From: a bacterium
GTDB taxonomy: Bacteria > SZUA-182 > DTGQ01 > JAFGSM01
Direction of reading: 5' to 3'
DNA: 25,362 nucleotides
Assembly (NCBI GenBank): GCA_049472355.1
Contig: JBLIRP010000041.1
Coordinates: 1-25,362, forward strand
In this document: positions 7,702 to 17,495 of the stretch, in pieces
Layout: each line of letters opens with the position of its first letter
Numbering within the stretch: the stretch's first letter is position 1
Program-made: the position numbers and the translations under genes
The notes under the pieces: model-generated
Seen by the model: the letters and a program-made list of their open reading frames with translations, nothing else
Told to the model about the DNA's origin: nothing
Databases searched by the model: none

Positions 7702-8330
7702 GCACCCTCCCCGACCAACAACTCCCATTGCCCTGCAATGTCCTTCCCGCCCCCGGACAAAAAAGACGCATACCATCGGTTCATTCGGGCAAGGAGGATC
7801 CTCAGGGTCTCCGCAGGTCTGACCGGACGACCCGCCTCTTCGGAGAGGGTGGTAATCCGCGATCTCAGATCGACGGGAAAGTGCTCAAGCCCCTCTGTGC
7901 AGTTGATGCCGATGCCGATCACCAGGTAATCGATGATATCCCTCCTGCCCCGTGCCTCTATGAGGATGCCGGCCACCTTCCGTCCCTCGATCAGGAGGTC
8001 ATTGGGGACCTTGATCAACGGCCTCTTTGGCACGAGTGCGGCTGCGGTCTCCCACACGGCTATTCCGGCCATCTTTTCGAATATCCCCGTGGCCTCCGGA
8101 GACAGCTTAGGTCTCAATATGATCGAGCAATAAAGGCCGCCCTTCGGTGAACACCATCGACTGCCCCGTCTCCCCCTCCCCTTCGTCTGACGGTCTGCCG
8201 TAATGACGGTTCCCTCCCTGAATCCCTGGCGGGCAAAGGCATGGGCCCGTTCATTGGTGGAATCAACCTCCTTGAAGTTGATCATGACTTCGCCTATATA
8301 ATTGTTAATATTATTATTTTTTTGTGTCAT
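7683..8330 (-). CDS. birA: Biotin-protein ligase, catalytic domain only
   Basis: VDSTN, QTKGRGRRG, WCSP, KVPND, KVAGILIE, GIGIN. No N-terminal HTH is visible. Start is uncertain; 8330 was chosen. Confidence 0.85.
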   Translation of the reverse strand: MTQKNNNINNYIGEVMINFKEVDSTNERAHAFARQGFREGTVITADRQTKGRGRRGSRWCSPKGGLYCSIILRPKLSPEATGIFEKMAGIAVWETAAALVPKRPLIKVPNDLLIEGRKVAGILIEARGRRDIIDYLVIGIGINCTEGLEHFPVDLRSRITTLSEEAGRPVRPAETLRILLARMNRWYASFLSGGGKDIAGQWELLVGEGACQVCS

Positions 8331-8503
8331 CTCAACCAAAACATGTACTAAGTCGAAATACAATCGCTGTCTGCTCGATTGTATCGAAACCACAAAACGG
8401 CTGCAAAAGATTCCCGGGCATTTACGCGAACCATGGGGGAATGGCATGCCGGTGTGGTGATGCCGTTATATAAATAAGGATGTGCCGGAAGGCAGCAGGG
8501 GTT

Positions 8504-9343
8504 TCAGCTCAGTTCCAGGCTGATATCCACCGATGGGGCTGAATGGGTCAAGGCGCCGACGGAGATCAGGTCTACCCCGGTCCTGGCAATCTCCGAGACG
8601 TTCTCCAGGGTTATGCCTCCCGATGCCTCAACCAGCATCCTCCCATCGATAAGCGCCACCGCCTTGCTCATCTCGGGGATCGACATGTTGTCAAGGAGAA
8701 CCGCTTCAACCCCGAGGTCCAGGCACTCCTCAACCTGGTTCAGGCTCTCGACCTCCACCTCAATCCGCCAGAGGTGAGGAATGCTTGCGCGGATTGCATT
8801 CACCGCCCGGGTGATTCCACCGGCCACCCGGATATGGTTATCCTTGATGAGGCACCCGTCATTGAGACCGAAGCGGTGGTTGAGTCCTCCGCCGCATCGA
8901 ACGGCATATTTTTCCAAAAACCTCACCCCGGGGGTTGTCTTGCGCGTATCCACGATCTTTGCCCCTGTCCCGCCAATCTTCTCCACGTATCTGTTGGTAA
9001 GGGTGGCGATGCCACACAGCCGCTGCAGAAAGTTGAGGGCGGTACGCTCACCCGCAAGGATCACCCACGTGTCAGCTTTAACACCTGCCAAGGAACCGCC
9101 CGCCTTTACCCGATTTCCATCCTCGGTGTCGGATTTCCATTCCACACCCCCTTCGCCAAGGATACGGAAGGTTTGCGCAGCCGCGGCCAATCCTGCAACG
9201 ACCAGATCCTCCTTGGCCACAATGACCGCCTGAACCCTTCCATGACAGTCAGGGAGCCCGAGGCTGGTCCGGTCCATCCAGGCGCTGTCTTCTGTAAGGG
9301 CACGGACGATCAGTTCATTCGGAAATGCGGGAGAGTCACGCAT
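8504..9343 (-). CDS. nadC: Nicotinate-nucleotide pyrophosphorylase (quinolinate phosphoribosyltransferase)
   Basis: [55 protein letters not shown] at 9343 overlaps the valS stop; alternative start at 9355. Confidence 0.95.
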   Translation of the reverse strand: MRDSPAFPNELIVRALTEDSAWMDRTSLGLPDCHGRVQAVIVAKEDLVVAGLAAAAQTFRILGEGGVEWKSDTEDGNRVKAGGSLAGVKADTWVILAGERTALNFLQRLCGIATLTNRYVEKIGGTGAKIVDTRKTTPGVRFLEKYAVRCGGGLNHRFGLNDGCLIKDNHIRVAGGITRAVNAIRASIPHLWRIEVEVESLNQVEECLDLGVEAVLLDNMSIPEMSKAVALIDGRMLVEASGGITLENVSEIARTGVDLISVGALTHSAPSVDISLELS

Positions 9344-12017
9344 TGGTGTGCGCATCGATGGAATTGGTCTCCTTGAGATATTCAACGACCGTCTTGTAGA
9401 TCTCTTCCAGTTTCACCTTCTTCTGATTGAGCTCCAGAGAGCGATCCTTTCCCTTTTTGACCACATCCGGCGGTGCCTTGTCAATGAAATCCTCGTTTGC
9501 CAGTTTCTTATGGAGCACCTCCAGTTCCTTATCAAGTTTCCTGATCTCCTTTTTGAGCCGCTCGGATTCCTCCTTGAAGTTGAGGACCTTTTCCAGGGGC
9601 ACGTATATCTCGATACCGGGGAGTATGGCAGTGGCAGAGGTCTTGGGTCTGTCGATGTCGGGGCTGCAGGAGAGGGCCTCCAGCTTCGAAAGGGATTCGA
9701 TATAGGATGCATGCTTGAAAATGATGGCCGCCTTTTCCTGATCGCCTGTCTTGAGCATTGCACTGATCTTTGTACCGGGCGGGATATTCATCTCGCCCCT
9801 GATGTTTCGAATCGCCTTGATGATCCCCATAGCGAGGGAGAGCTGGTCCTCCGCTTCAGGATCGTACCATCGCCCGTCATACACGGGCCACGGGGCAACC
9901 GTAATGCTCTCGCCATTATGCGGGATACTCTGCCAGATATGCTCGGTAAGAAACGGCATGATGGGATGAAGGAGCCTCAGACCGCACTCCAGCACGGTCA
10001 CCAGTGTCTCCTGGGCTGCCTGGCGGACGGGAGGGCTGGCGGATGGCGCCAGAGCCTCCTTTGCCATTTCGATATACCAGTCACAGAACTCGTGCCACCA
10101 GAATTGATAGAGGAGATTCGCCGCATCGTTGAATCGATATTCGCCGAGCATGGTGGTTACATCCTGTATGAGATTATTCAGCCGGTGCAGGATCCAGCGA
10201 TCCGCGATGCTCTCCGCCTTTGGCTTGCCGGGTGAATATCCTTCAAGGTTGAGAAGCACGAAGCGTGAGGCATTCCATATCTTGTTGGCAAAATGGCGAT
10301 ACCCCTCGATCCTCTTCTCCGAAAGGCAGATATCCCTTCCTTGGGCGGTCAAGGCGGTCAGGGTGAAACGGAAGGGATCGGTTCCGTACTTTTCCATCAT
10401 CACCAGCGGATCAATGACATTTCCCTTCGACTTGCTCATCTTCTGACCCGCCTCGTCACGCACCAGGGCGTGAAGGTACACGTCCGTAAAGGGGACCTTC
10501 CCCATGAATTTGAGCCCCATCATGATCATCCGGGCCACCCAGAAAAAGAGGATGTCGAATCCGGTGACCATCACGCTTGTGGGATAGAAGATCTCGAGTT
10601 CCTTTGTTGTGTGCGGCCATCCGAGCGTAGAAAATGGCCACAGGGCTGAACTGAACCAGGTATCCAGCACATCCGGATCCTGCACCAGTCTCGAGCCCTT
10701 GCAGTGGATGCATTGCTCAGGGGTGGTCCGCGATACGGTGATCTCCCCGCACTCCTCACAGTACCATGCAGGGATTCGATGCCCCCACCATATCTGGCGT
10801 GAAATACACCAGTCCCTAATGTTGAGCATCCATTCGAAATAGGTTGCCTCCCAGTGGGAAGGAATGATCCGAATGGAGCCGTTTCTGACCGCCTCAATGG
10901 CGGGTTCGGCAAGGGGGACCATCTTGACGAACCACTGTTTGGAGACCATGGGCTCAATCACGGTCTGACACCGATAGCAATGACCCACCGAGTGCTCATA
11001 CGGCTCCACCTTGACGAGGAGTTCCTGCTCTTCGAGGTCCTTCAGCACCCTCTTACGGCATTTATACCGGTCGAGCCCCTCGTAGATTCCGGCATCCTCG
11101 GTCATCTGCCCCTTTTCGTCGATGACCTTTACCCTCTCCAGGTTGTATCTCCTGCCGATCTCAAAATCATTCGGATCATGAGCAGGTGTTATCTTGAGGG
11201 CCCCGGTACCGAATTGAGGGTCCACATAGGCATCCGCGATAACGGGAATAAGACGTCCCACCAGGGGGAGTATCACCTGCTTGCCCTGCGCATCCAGATA
11301 GCGGTGGTCCTCAGGATTAACCGCCACCGCCGTATCCCCCAGCATTGTCTCGGGCCTCGTGGTGGCAACCACAATACCATTTTTCTTGTTGGGGAAGGGA
11401 TATTTTATATAATAGAGATACGCCTGCTCGTTCTCATAGGTTACCTCAAGGTCCGAAAGGGCGGTGTGACAACGGGGGCACCAGTTGATGATGTAATCGG
11501 CTCGATATACGAGGCCCTCCTCGTACAGGCAGACAAACACCTCCTTGACCGCCTCGGAGAGACCTTCGTCCATGGTGAAGCGCTCTCTGTCCCAGTCGCA
11601 TGAAGCACCAAGTCGCTTCAGTTGTTCTGTTATCGTGTTGCCTGATTCTTTCTTCCATGCCCATACCCTCTTGACAAAACGCTCCCGTCCGAGCGCATGC
11701 CGGTCAATTCCTTCGGCGGCGAGTTGGCGCTCGACCACATTCTGGGTGGCAATCCCCGCATGGTCGATGCCGAACTGCCACAAGGTATTGTGATCCGACA
11801 TCCTTTTCCATCGGATCAGAATGTCCTGAAGGGTATTGTTGAGCGCATGGCCCATGTGGAGGGAGCCGGTTATATTGGGCGGGGGTATGACGATTGAAAA
11901 AGCCGGCCTGCCGTCCTTGATAATCGTCCGAAAAAGGCCCTGTTCATACCAGAAGGTGAACCATCGTTGTTCGATGCTTCCAGGCTCATACGACTTGTCC
12001 AACTTCACCGAGTACAT
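9336..12017 (-). CDS. valS: Valine--tRNA ligase
   Basis: [55 protein letters not shown]-terminal coiled coil; GGAGG RBS. Confidence 0.98.
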   Translation of the reverse strand: MYSVKLDKSYEPGSIEQRWFTFWYEQGLFRTIIKDGRPAFSIVIPPPNITGSLHMGHALNNTLQDILIRWKRMSDHNTLWQFGIDHAGIATQNVVERQLAAEGIDRHALGRERFVKRVWAWKKESGNTITEQLKRLGASCDWDRERFTMDEGLSEAVKEVFVCLYEEGLVYRADYIINWCPRCHTALSDLEVTYENEQAYLYYIKYPFPNKKNGIVVATTRPETMLGDTAVAVNPEDHRYLDAQGKQVILPLVGRLIPVIADAYVDPQFGTGALKITPAHDPNDFEIGRRYNLERVKVIDEKGQMTEDAGIYEGLDRYKCRKRVLKDLEEQELLVKVEPYEHSVGHCYRCQTVIEPMVSKQWFVKMVPLAEPAIEAVRNGSIRIIPSHWEATYFEWMLNIRDWCISRQIWWGHRIPAWYCEECGEITVSRTTPEQCIHCKGSRLVQDPDVLDTWFSSALWPFSTLGWPHTTKELEIFYPTSVMVTGFDILFFWVARMIMMGLKFMGKVPFTDVYLHALVRDEAGQKMSKSKGNVIDPLVMMEKYGTDPFRFTLTALTAQGRDICLSEKRIEGYRHFANKIWNASRFVLLNLEGYSPGKPKAESIADRWILHRLNNLIQDVTTMLGEYRFNDAANLLYQFWWHEFCDWYIEMAKEALAPSASPPVRQAAQETLVTVLECGLRLLHPIMPFLTEHIWQSIPHNGESITVAPWPVYDGRWYDPEAEDQLSLAMGIIKAIRNIRGEMNIPPGTKISAMLKTGDQEKAAIIFKHASYIESLSKLEALSCSPDIDRPKTSATAILPGIEIYVPLEKVLNFKEESERLKKEIRKLDKELEVLHKKLANEDFIDKAPPDVVKKGKDRSLELNQKKVKLEEIYKTVVEYLKETNSIDAHTNA

Positions 12018-12032
12018 TCAAAAACCTCCCTC

Positions 12033-14027
12033 TCACCCATACCCCTGCTTTATGTGCTCGATTTCCTCACGGATGATCTTCTCCGCCAGGTCGGGGACCC
12101 TTCTTTCAACATTCTGATTGATCTCATTGAGAACCATGTGGGCGATCTTCTTCTCATCGATAATATGGGCGAGCTTCTCCTGAATCATTTTTTTGGTCAT
12201 CTCAGGAAGGGCTTGTTCCGTGAGCCTGCCCATCTGTTCCTGAATGAGGTTCCTGGTAAGTTCCGGAATGGCCTGGGTGACCATCTGCTTCATGTGCTCC
12301 TGCACAAGCCGTTTGGTCAGTTCCGGAACCGCTTGCTGCGTCAGATTGCCCAGTTGTTCCCGAATGAGATTCTTGGCAAGCTCCGGCACCGATTGGCTGA
12401 TCGCCTGATTCATGTGCTCCTGTACAATCCGTTTGGTCATCTCCGGAATAGACTGCTCGGTCAATTTGGTAATCTGTTCCTGAATGAGATTCCTGGTGAG
12501 ATCCGGCACTGATTGGCTGATCACCTGATTCATATGCTCCTGCACAAGCCGTTTGGTCATCTCCGGAATGGACTGCTCCGCAAGGGTATGCATCTGTTCC
12601 TGCAGCATCTCCTTAAGACGCGTTTCCATCTCCTGCATATCCAGCAACGGCTTTGCAGGCGCAGCCTTCTCCAGGGGCACCCCTCCTGCTGTTTCCTCCC
12701 CCTCTTTCTCAACGGGAGGAGCCGGTGAAGCACCTTCAGCTTCGATCGGTTTATCGGCGGATTCACCCGGAGTGGAAGTAGCCTTGAAGAATTCATCCAA
12801 TACCGATTGCTGGACCTGTTCCTGGGAAAGGCCTTCTTCGCCGCCGGCATCTGCGGGAGATGCATGGGCATCGTGAGAGGAAGGGGCTGCCTGCTGCTGT
12901 TTATCTTCGGACTGGGCGTATGCCTGAGGGGATTCCACACCGGCCTTGTCCCCCTCGGCATCTCTTCCCCGTCGTATTGCCTCTTCAACCACCTTTATGG
13001 TCTCCTCCAGGGCCTCCTCAGCACTCAACGTCGGATGTTCGACTTCCCCTTCGCGCAGGATTGCATCGCCCTCCTTGGGGCCCACCTGGGGTGCTTCCGG
13101 CTGAGCCTCCGGCATCTCCGCTCCGGCCTGCGGCATCTCCTCCATCAGCAGATCCGAAGGCGCCTCTCCCGTGTCCGCACCCGCGGGCTCCGGCCCTGCT
13201 GCCCCCTCAGGCGGCTCCTCAACCGGGTTGATCTCGATCCCCTCCAGCACGTCCTCGAAACCCGCAAACGGCTCCTGCGCACCATCCCCCTGCCCCGCTT
13301 CCGGCTGTGCCTCCGATGTCTCCGCTCCGGCCTGCGGCATCTCCTCCATCAGCAGATCCGAAGGCGCCTCTCCCGTGTCCGCACCCGCGGGCTCCGGCCC
13401 TGCTGCCCCCTCAGGCGACGCCTCAACCGGGCTGATCTCGATCCCCTCCAGCACGTCCTCGAAACCGGCAAACGGCTCCTGCGCACCATCCCCCTGCCCC
13501 ACCTCCGGCTGTGCTTCAGGCATCTCCGCTCCGGCCTGCGGCATCTCCTCCATCAAGAGCTCCGAGGGTGCCTCGTGCGCTTCCACTTCTTTCGCCGGCC
13601 CTGCTTTGCCGGAGAGGTCCTTGGTGAGGGGATCTGAGGCAGCAGACTGTTTTGCCATGAAATATTGAACCGTGCTGAGCAGTTTTGCGGATTCAAGAGG
13701 AACGCCGAGTACCTTATCCGCCTTGCAATCCTTTCCCAGGGACTCCAATTGTTCATCGCCCCCGTCTTCGGCCTTTTTTACGAGTACGATCAGGGGCAGT
13801 TGCGCAAATGCCTGGTCCGATTTTATTTCGTTGCACAGGGAGACACCGCTGCCTTCCTGCATATCGCGGTCTATAATGAGAAGATCGGGACCCTGTGATT
13901 TCATCGATTGCCTGAAGTCATCGATATCATTGGCAGGGATGATCTCATAGTCCGTATCGGTCAGATTCCATTCGACTTCCTTTAGGATGGTGATACTGCT
14001 GCTCCCAAGGATTATTTTCTTGCTCAT
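12033..14027 (-). CDS. RomR-like protein: degenerate receiver domain, long acidic Pro/Ala-rich linker and repeated C-terminal helices
   Basis: N-terminal REC fold (PDLLIID, SGVSLCNEIK, LPLIVL). C-terminus VPDLAEKIIREEIEHIK resembles the conserved RomR C-terminus as I recall it. Lies directly upstream of valS. ATG at 14027 with AGGAGGGGAGG RBS. Confidence 0.75.
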   Translation of the reverse strand: MSKKIILGSSSITILKEVEWNLTDTDYEIIPANDIDDFRQSMKSQGPDLLIIDRDMQEGSGVSLCNEIKSDQAFAQLPLIVLVKKAEDGGDEQLESLGKDCKADKVLGVPLESAKLLSTVQYFMAKQSAASDPLTKDLSGKAGPAKEVEAHEAPSELLMEEMPQAGAEMPEAQPEVGQGDGAQEPFAGFEDVLEGIEISPVEASPEGAAGPEPAGADTGEAPSDLLMEEMPQAGAETSEAQPEAGQGDGAQEPFAGFEDVLEGIEINPVEEPPEGAAGPEPAGADTGEAPSDLLMEEMPQAGAEMPEAQPEAPQVGPKEGDAILREGEVEHPTLSAEEALEETIKVVEEAIRRGRDAEGDKAGVESPQAYAQSEDKQQQAAPSSHDAHASPADAGGEEGLSQEQVQQSVLDEFFKATSTPGESADKPIEAEGASPAPPVEKEGEETAGGVPLEKAAPAKPLLDMQEMETRLKEMLQEQMHTLAEQSIPEMTKRLVQEHMNQVISQSVPDLTRNLIQEQITKLTEQSIPEMTKRIVQEHMNQAISQSVPELAKNLIREQLGNLTQQAVPELTKRLVQEHMKQMVTQAIPELTRNLIQEQMGRLTEQALPEMTKKMIQEKLAHIIDEKKIAHMVLNEINQNVERRVPDLAEKIIREEIEHIKQGYG
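12174..12593 (-). repeat. Seven 60-bp (20-aa) coding repeats alternating as A/B 120-bp units
   Basis: MHTLAEQSIPEMTKRLVQEH / MNQVISQSVPDLTRNLIQEQ / ITKLTEQSIPEMTKRIVQEH / MNQAISQSVPELAKNLIREQ / LGNLTQQAVPELTKRLVQEH / MKQMVTQAIPELTRNLIQEQ / MGRLTEQALPEMTKKMIQEK. Confidence 0.92.
13092..13574 (-). repeat. 204-bp (68-aa) near-identical coding tandem repeat, two full copies plus a partial third
   Basis: GATCCGAAGGCGCCTCTCCCGTGTCCGCACC recurs at 13151 and 13355; APS(E/D)LLMEEMPQAGAE occurs three times. Confidence 0.95.
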
Positions 14028-14054
14028 ACCTCCCCCTCCTTTCAAATTGAGGTA

Positions 14055-14083
14055 ATGTTATCAATAGATCAGGCAAAAATCAA
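14055..14083 (-). promoter_or_regulatory. Candidate sigma70 promoter for the RomR-like/valS operon
   Basis: Minus strand TTGATT-N17-TAACAT with extended -10 TG, in the AT-rich divergent intergenic region. Confidence 0.5.
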
Positions 14084-14157
14084 GGTTTAATTATCTGTGT
14101 ATATGTGATATATTTGTTTTTTCGAATCATGTTATACCTCTTTAATAAAGGTCGACA

Positions 14158-14928
14158 ATGTTGAAGAAAAGGCTTAGAGATATCCTGGAAAGGGTGAACA
14201 ACGGTCACCTGTCCATTGACAAGGCCATGGAGGAACTCCGTTTTTTCCCCTACGAACGGTTATCCCATGCACGGGTTGACCACCATCGCTGCCTGAGGAC
14301 CGGCATCCCGGAAGCCATTCTCTGCACAGGCAAGAGCATTGACCAGGTGAAATCCATAGCCCGAAATATCCTGGAACGCGGCGGGAATCTTCTGGCCACC
14401 CGGGCTGAGGAGTCAATCTACCGGGCACTGAAGGATCTGGATGAGCGGGTGATCCACCATCCAGTCGCCCGCATGATCACCCTTATCCAGGAACCGTGTC
14501 CGGAGACGGAGGGATTGGTGGAGATCATTACCGCCGGGACAGGTGACATACCGGTTGCGGAAGAGGCGAAGGTCACCTGCAATGCCTTGGGCAGCCGCGT
14601 GGATACCCTCTACGATGTCGGGGTTGCGGGGATTCACCGTCTCCTGGATGAGGAGCAGAGGCTTTTCCAGGCCCGGGTGATCTGCGTGGTTGCAGGCATG
14701 GAGGGAGCACTGGCAAGTATCGTGGGCGGTATCACCGAATGCCCGGTTATAGCGGTTCCCACCAGCGTGGGCTACGGCGCCCAGTTTCAGGGGCTCGCCG
14801 CCCTCCTCACCATGATAAACTCCTGTGCCCCGGGCGTGGCGGTCGTCAACATCGACAACGGATTCGGCGCCGGATGTCTGGCTCACAAGATCAACCGAAT
14901 CGGCGAGACCAGGGGAACAACCCCGTGA
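14158..14928 (+). CDS. larB: Nickel-pincer nucleotide cofactor biosynthesis protein LarB (PurE-like)
   Basis: ARVDHHRCLRTGIPE, TAGTGDIPVAEEA, DVGVAGIHRL, AGMEGAL, PVIAVPTSVGYG, NSCAPG, VNIDNGFGA. Confidence 0.95.
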   Translation: MLKKRLRDILERVNNGHLSIDKAMEELRFFPYERLSHARVDHHRCLRTGIPEAILCTGKSIDQVKSIARNILERGGNLLATRAEESIYRALKDLDERVIHHPVARMITLIQEPCPETEGLVEIITAGTGDIPVAEEAKVTCNALGSRVDTLYDVGVAGIHRLLDEEQRLFQARVICVVAGMEGALASIVGGITECPVIAVPTSVGYGAQFQGLAALLTMINSCAPGVAVVNIDNGFGAGCLAHKINRIGETRGTTP

Positions 14929-16124
14929 ACATCCTCTTTGCCGATTGTTTCTCGGGAATAAGCGGGGACATGTTCCTTGGAGCGCTTATTGATCTTGGCG
15001 TGGAAAGGGACTGGCTGTGCGAATCGCTTTCATCCCTCGGACTTCCTCCCTTCTCCCTTGAGGTCGCAACGGTCAGAAAGGGGGCAATCCAGTGCACCCA
15101 GTGCAGGGTCATTGACAGGGGTGGACCGCCGGTCGAGAGGGGCCTCCGGGAAATCACCGGCATGATCGAAGCAAGCCCTCTTCGGCCATCCATCAAGGAA
15201 AAGGCCGTTCGCCTCTTCAGTGTCCTGGGCGAAGCGGAGGCAACAATACACGGCATCCCCGTCGAGAAGGTCCATTTCCACGAATTGGGCGCACTCGACG
15301 CGCTGGTGGAGATCATCGGGGTGCTCCTCGGCTACGATCGCCTGGGAATCGACGCCCTGTTCGTGTCGCCGCTCCCTCTCGGACGCGGCGTCATTTCCAC
15401 CCGGCACGGTCCCATTCCCGTTCCATCGCCCGCCACTGTGGCGCTCCTTAAGGACGTCCCCGTCATCCATACCGGCCTGGACGCAGAACTGGTAACCCCC
15501 ACCGGCGCACTCCTGGCAACCCAGCTTGCAAAGGGGTTCGGCATGCCTCCCCAGATGAAGATACAAAGGGTCGGCTACGGGGCAGGCGAACGGGACCTGC
15601 CTGAGCGGCCCAACTGTCTGAGGCTTATCCTGGGGGAAACGGATGGGGAGTATGAGGAGGAAACCATCGAGGTCCTCGAATGTGACATCGATGACATGAA
15701 CCCCGAGTTTTACCCGCACCTTACGGAACGTCTTTTCAACGCCGCCGCCCTGGATGTCACCCTGTGCCAGATCATCATGAAAAAGGGGAGGCCCGGCACC
15801 AGGGTGACCGTGCTGAGCCGGATTCACACCACCACCCAGCTCGTCGCCATACTCCTCGCTGAGTCGTCCACCCTCGGCGTACGTATCCATCGGGTGAGCA
15901 GGTCCAAGGCATCCAGGCGGATCGTGAAGATACAGACGGCATATGGACCGGTGAGGGTGAAGTGCGCATGGAGGGATACGACACTCCTCACCATTTCACC
16001 CGAATATGAAGATTATTCAGAAATTTCCCGAAAATATAATAGGCCGGTTAAATCTATCTACCAGGAGATCATGTCAGAGGCCCTGAAACAGGTCAAAAAT
16101 CTTGTAGACCAGCGGGAGATATGA
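14925..16124 (+). CDS. larC: Nickel-pincer cofactor nickel insertase LarC
   Basis: GTG start overlaps the larB stop (GTGA); DCFSGISGDMFLGAL, VHFHE, ELVTPTGA, GYGAG, IDDMNPE, MKKGRPG, STLGVR, PEYED. Confidence 0.93.
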   Translation: MNILFADCFSGISGDMFLGALIDLGVERDWLCESLSSLGLPPFSLEVATVRKGAIQCTQCRVIDRGGPPVERGLREITGMIEASPLRPSIKEKAVRLFSVLGEAEATIHGIPVEKVHFHELGALDALVEIIGVLLGYDRLGIDALFVSPLPLGRGVISTRHGPIPVPSPATVALLKDVPVIHTGLDAELVTPTGALLATQLAKGFGMPPQMKIQRVGYGAGERDLPERPNCLRLILGETDGEYEEETIEVLECDIDDMNPEFYPHLTERLFNAAALDVTLCQIIMKKGRPGTRVTVLSRIHTTTQLVAILLAESSTLGVRIHRVSRSKASRRIVKIQTAYGPVRVKCAWRDTTLLTISPEYEDYSEISRKYNRPVKSIYQEIMSEALKQVKNLVDQREI

Positions 16125-16130
16125 TAGTAT
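16102..16130 (+). promoter_or_regulatory. Possible sigma70 promoter for galT overlapping the larC stop
   Basis: TTGTAG-N17-TAGTAT with extended -10 TG. Confidence 0.3.
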
Positions 16131-16212
16131 AGGCTGCATTTGGGCGATAATACATTCTATTATTCAAAAGGTTATGCGAAGCGAGCTGACGCGAGGTTAG
16201 GAGAACGGATAT

Positions 16213-17211
16213 ATGCCTGAGCTGCGAAAAGATCCCATTATCGGACGCTGGGTCATCATTGCAACCGAACGGGCCAGAAGACCTTCAGACTTCAAATCCT
16301 CAGAGGAAATCAAAAAACCGGGGTTCTGCCCCTTCTGCAACGGCAACGAAGACAAAACGCCGCCCGAGGTCTATTCCTTGCGCAACCCCCATACCGCCCG
16401 GGATACCCCGGGATGGTCCATCCGGGTGGTTCCCAACAAATTCCCCGCCCTCGAAATCGAGGGGGAGCTCAACAAGCAGGGCGAGGGGGTGTATGATCGG
16501 ATGAACGGGGTCGGGGCCCATGAAGTGATCATCGAAACACCCAATCACGATTCCACCCTTGCGGACCTGTCGCTTCCTGAGATCGCAAATGTCATCAGGG
16601 CATTCCGGATACGGATCCTCGACCTGAAACAGGACAATCGATTCAAATATATGCTGATCTTCAAAAATCACGGAAGTGCCGCAGGTGCATCACTGGACCA
16701 TACGCACTCCCAGCTCATCGCGCTCCCCATCGTGCCCAAAAGGGTTTCAGAGGAGATTCAGGGCGCAAAGACCTACTATCTTTACAAGGAGCGGTGCGTA
16801 TTCTGTGACATCATCCAGCAGGAAAAAAAGGAAAATATCCGGGTGATCAACGAGAATGAGCACTTTATCTGCATTGCCCCCTTTACGTCGCGATTTCCCT
16901 TTGAATCCTGGGTGCTTCCCAAGACCCACGACATCTATTTTGAGGATATCAATGATAACGAGGTCGATTCCCTCGCATGGATCATGAAGGATATTCTGAA
17001 CAGGATGAAGGTTGTCCTGAATGATCCCCCGTACAACTTTCTCCTGCATTCCTCGCCCTTCTATGAACGGGACATCACCTTCTACCACTGGCACATCGAA
17101 ATCATTCCGAAGCTTACCAAGGTGGCGGGATTTGAGTGGGGCACAGGTTTCTACATCAATCCCACCCCCCCGGAAGATGCCTGTGTTTTTTTGAAGGAAG
17201 CCAAGGTCTGA
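16213..17211 (+). CDS. galT: Galactose-1-phosphate uridylyltransferase family protein
   Basis: ELRKDP..WVIIATERARRP, CPFC, RVVPNKFPAL, GAHEVIIE, FKNHG..AGASLDHTHSQ (HxHxQ), CVFC, HWHIEI, AGFEWGTG. The exact sugar substrate is not determinable from sequence. Confidence 0.9.
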   Translation: MPELRKDPIIGRWVIIATERARRPSDFKSSEEIKKPGFCPFCNGNEDKTPPEVYSLRNPHTARDTPGWSIRVVPNKFPALEIEGELNKQGEGVYDRMNGVGAHEVIIETPNHDSTLADLSLPEIANVIRAFRIRILDLKQDNRFKYMLIFKNHGSAAGASLDHTHSQLIALPIVPKRVSEEIQGAKTYYLYKERCVFCDIIQQEKKENIRVINENEHFICIAPFTSRFPFESWVLPKTHDIYFEDINDNEVDSLAWIMKDILNRMKVVLNDPPYNFLLHSSPFYERDITFYHWHIEIIPKLTKVAGFEWGTGFYINPTPPEDACVFLKEAKV

Positions 17212-17479
17212 TCTCCTTCACCCCCTTCCCTCCTCTACGGTTCATGTAAAAGGATTCGCGCCATCGTTCCCTTTCTGCCGCCCCCTTCCTCATCGTAACC
17301 ACCGTTCTTCCCTTTATGCACTGCGGTGAGAGCCATGTTGCATGGAATGTTTCAAAAAAAGGATACTCTGTTCCTGTATTGCGCAACACGAATAAAGGAC
17401 ATTTTAAAATATCATAAACTTTATGTTCTTTTGTTACCTATAACCACAATTATAACGATCGCCGTACTCTCCCCTACCC

Positions 17480-17495
17480 TGGTATTAATTATGCT
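17480..17495 (+). promoter_or_regulatory. Candidate sigma54 (-24/-12) promoter
   Basis: TGGTATTAATTATGCT has GG-N10-GC spacing; it is preceded by an AT-rich tract and short palindromes (CCATGTTGCATGG 17333-17345, TTGCGCAA 17379-17386). Confidence 0.5.

Noticed and set aside
12807..13668. Plus-strand Arg/Leu-rich and Ser/Pro-rich repetitive ORFs
   Set aside because: They are antisense readings of the 204-bp repeat in the RomR-like gene.
14739..14924. N-terminal extension of LarC given by the ORF track
   Set aside because: It overlaps larB; LarC homology starts at the GTG at 14925.
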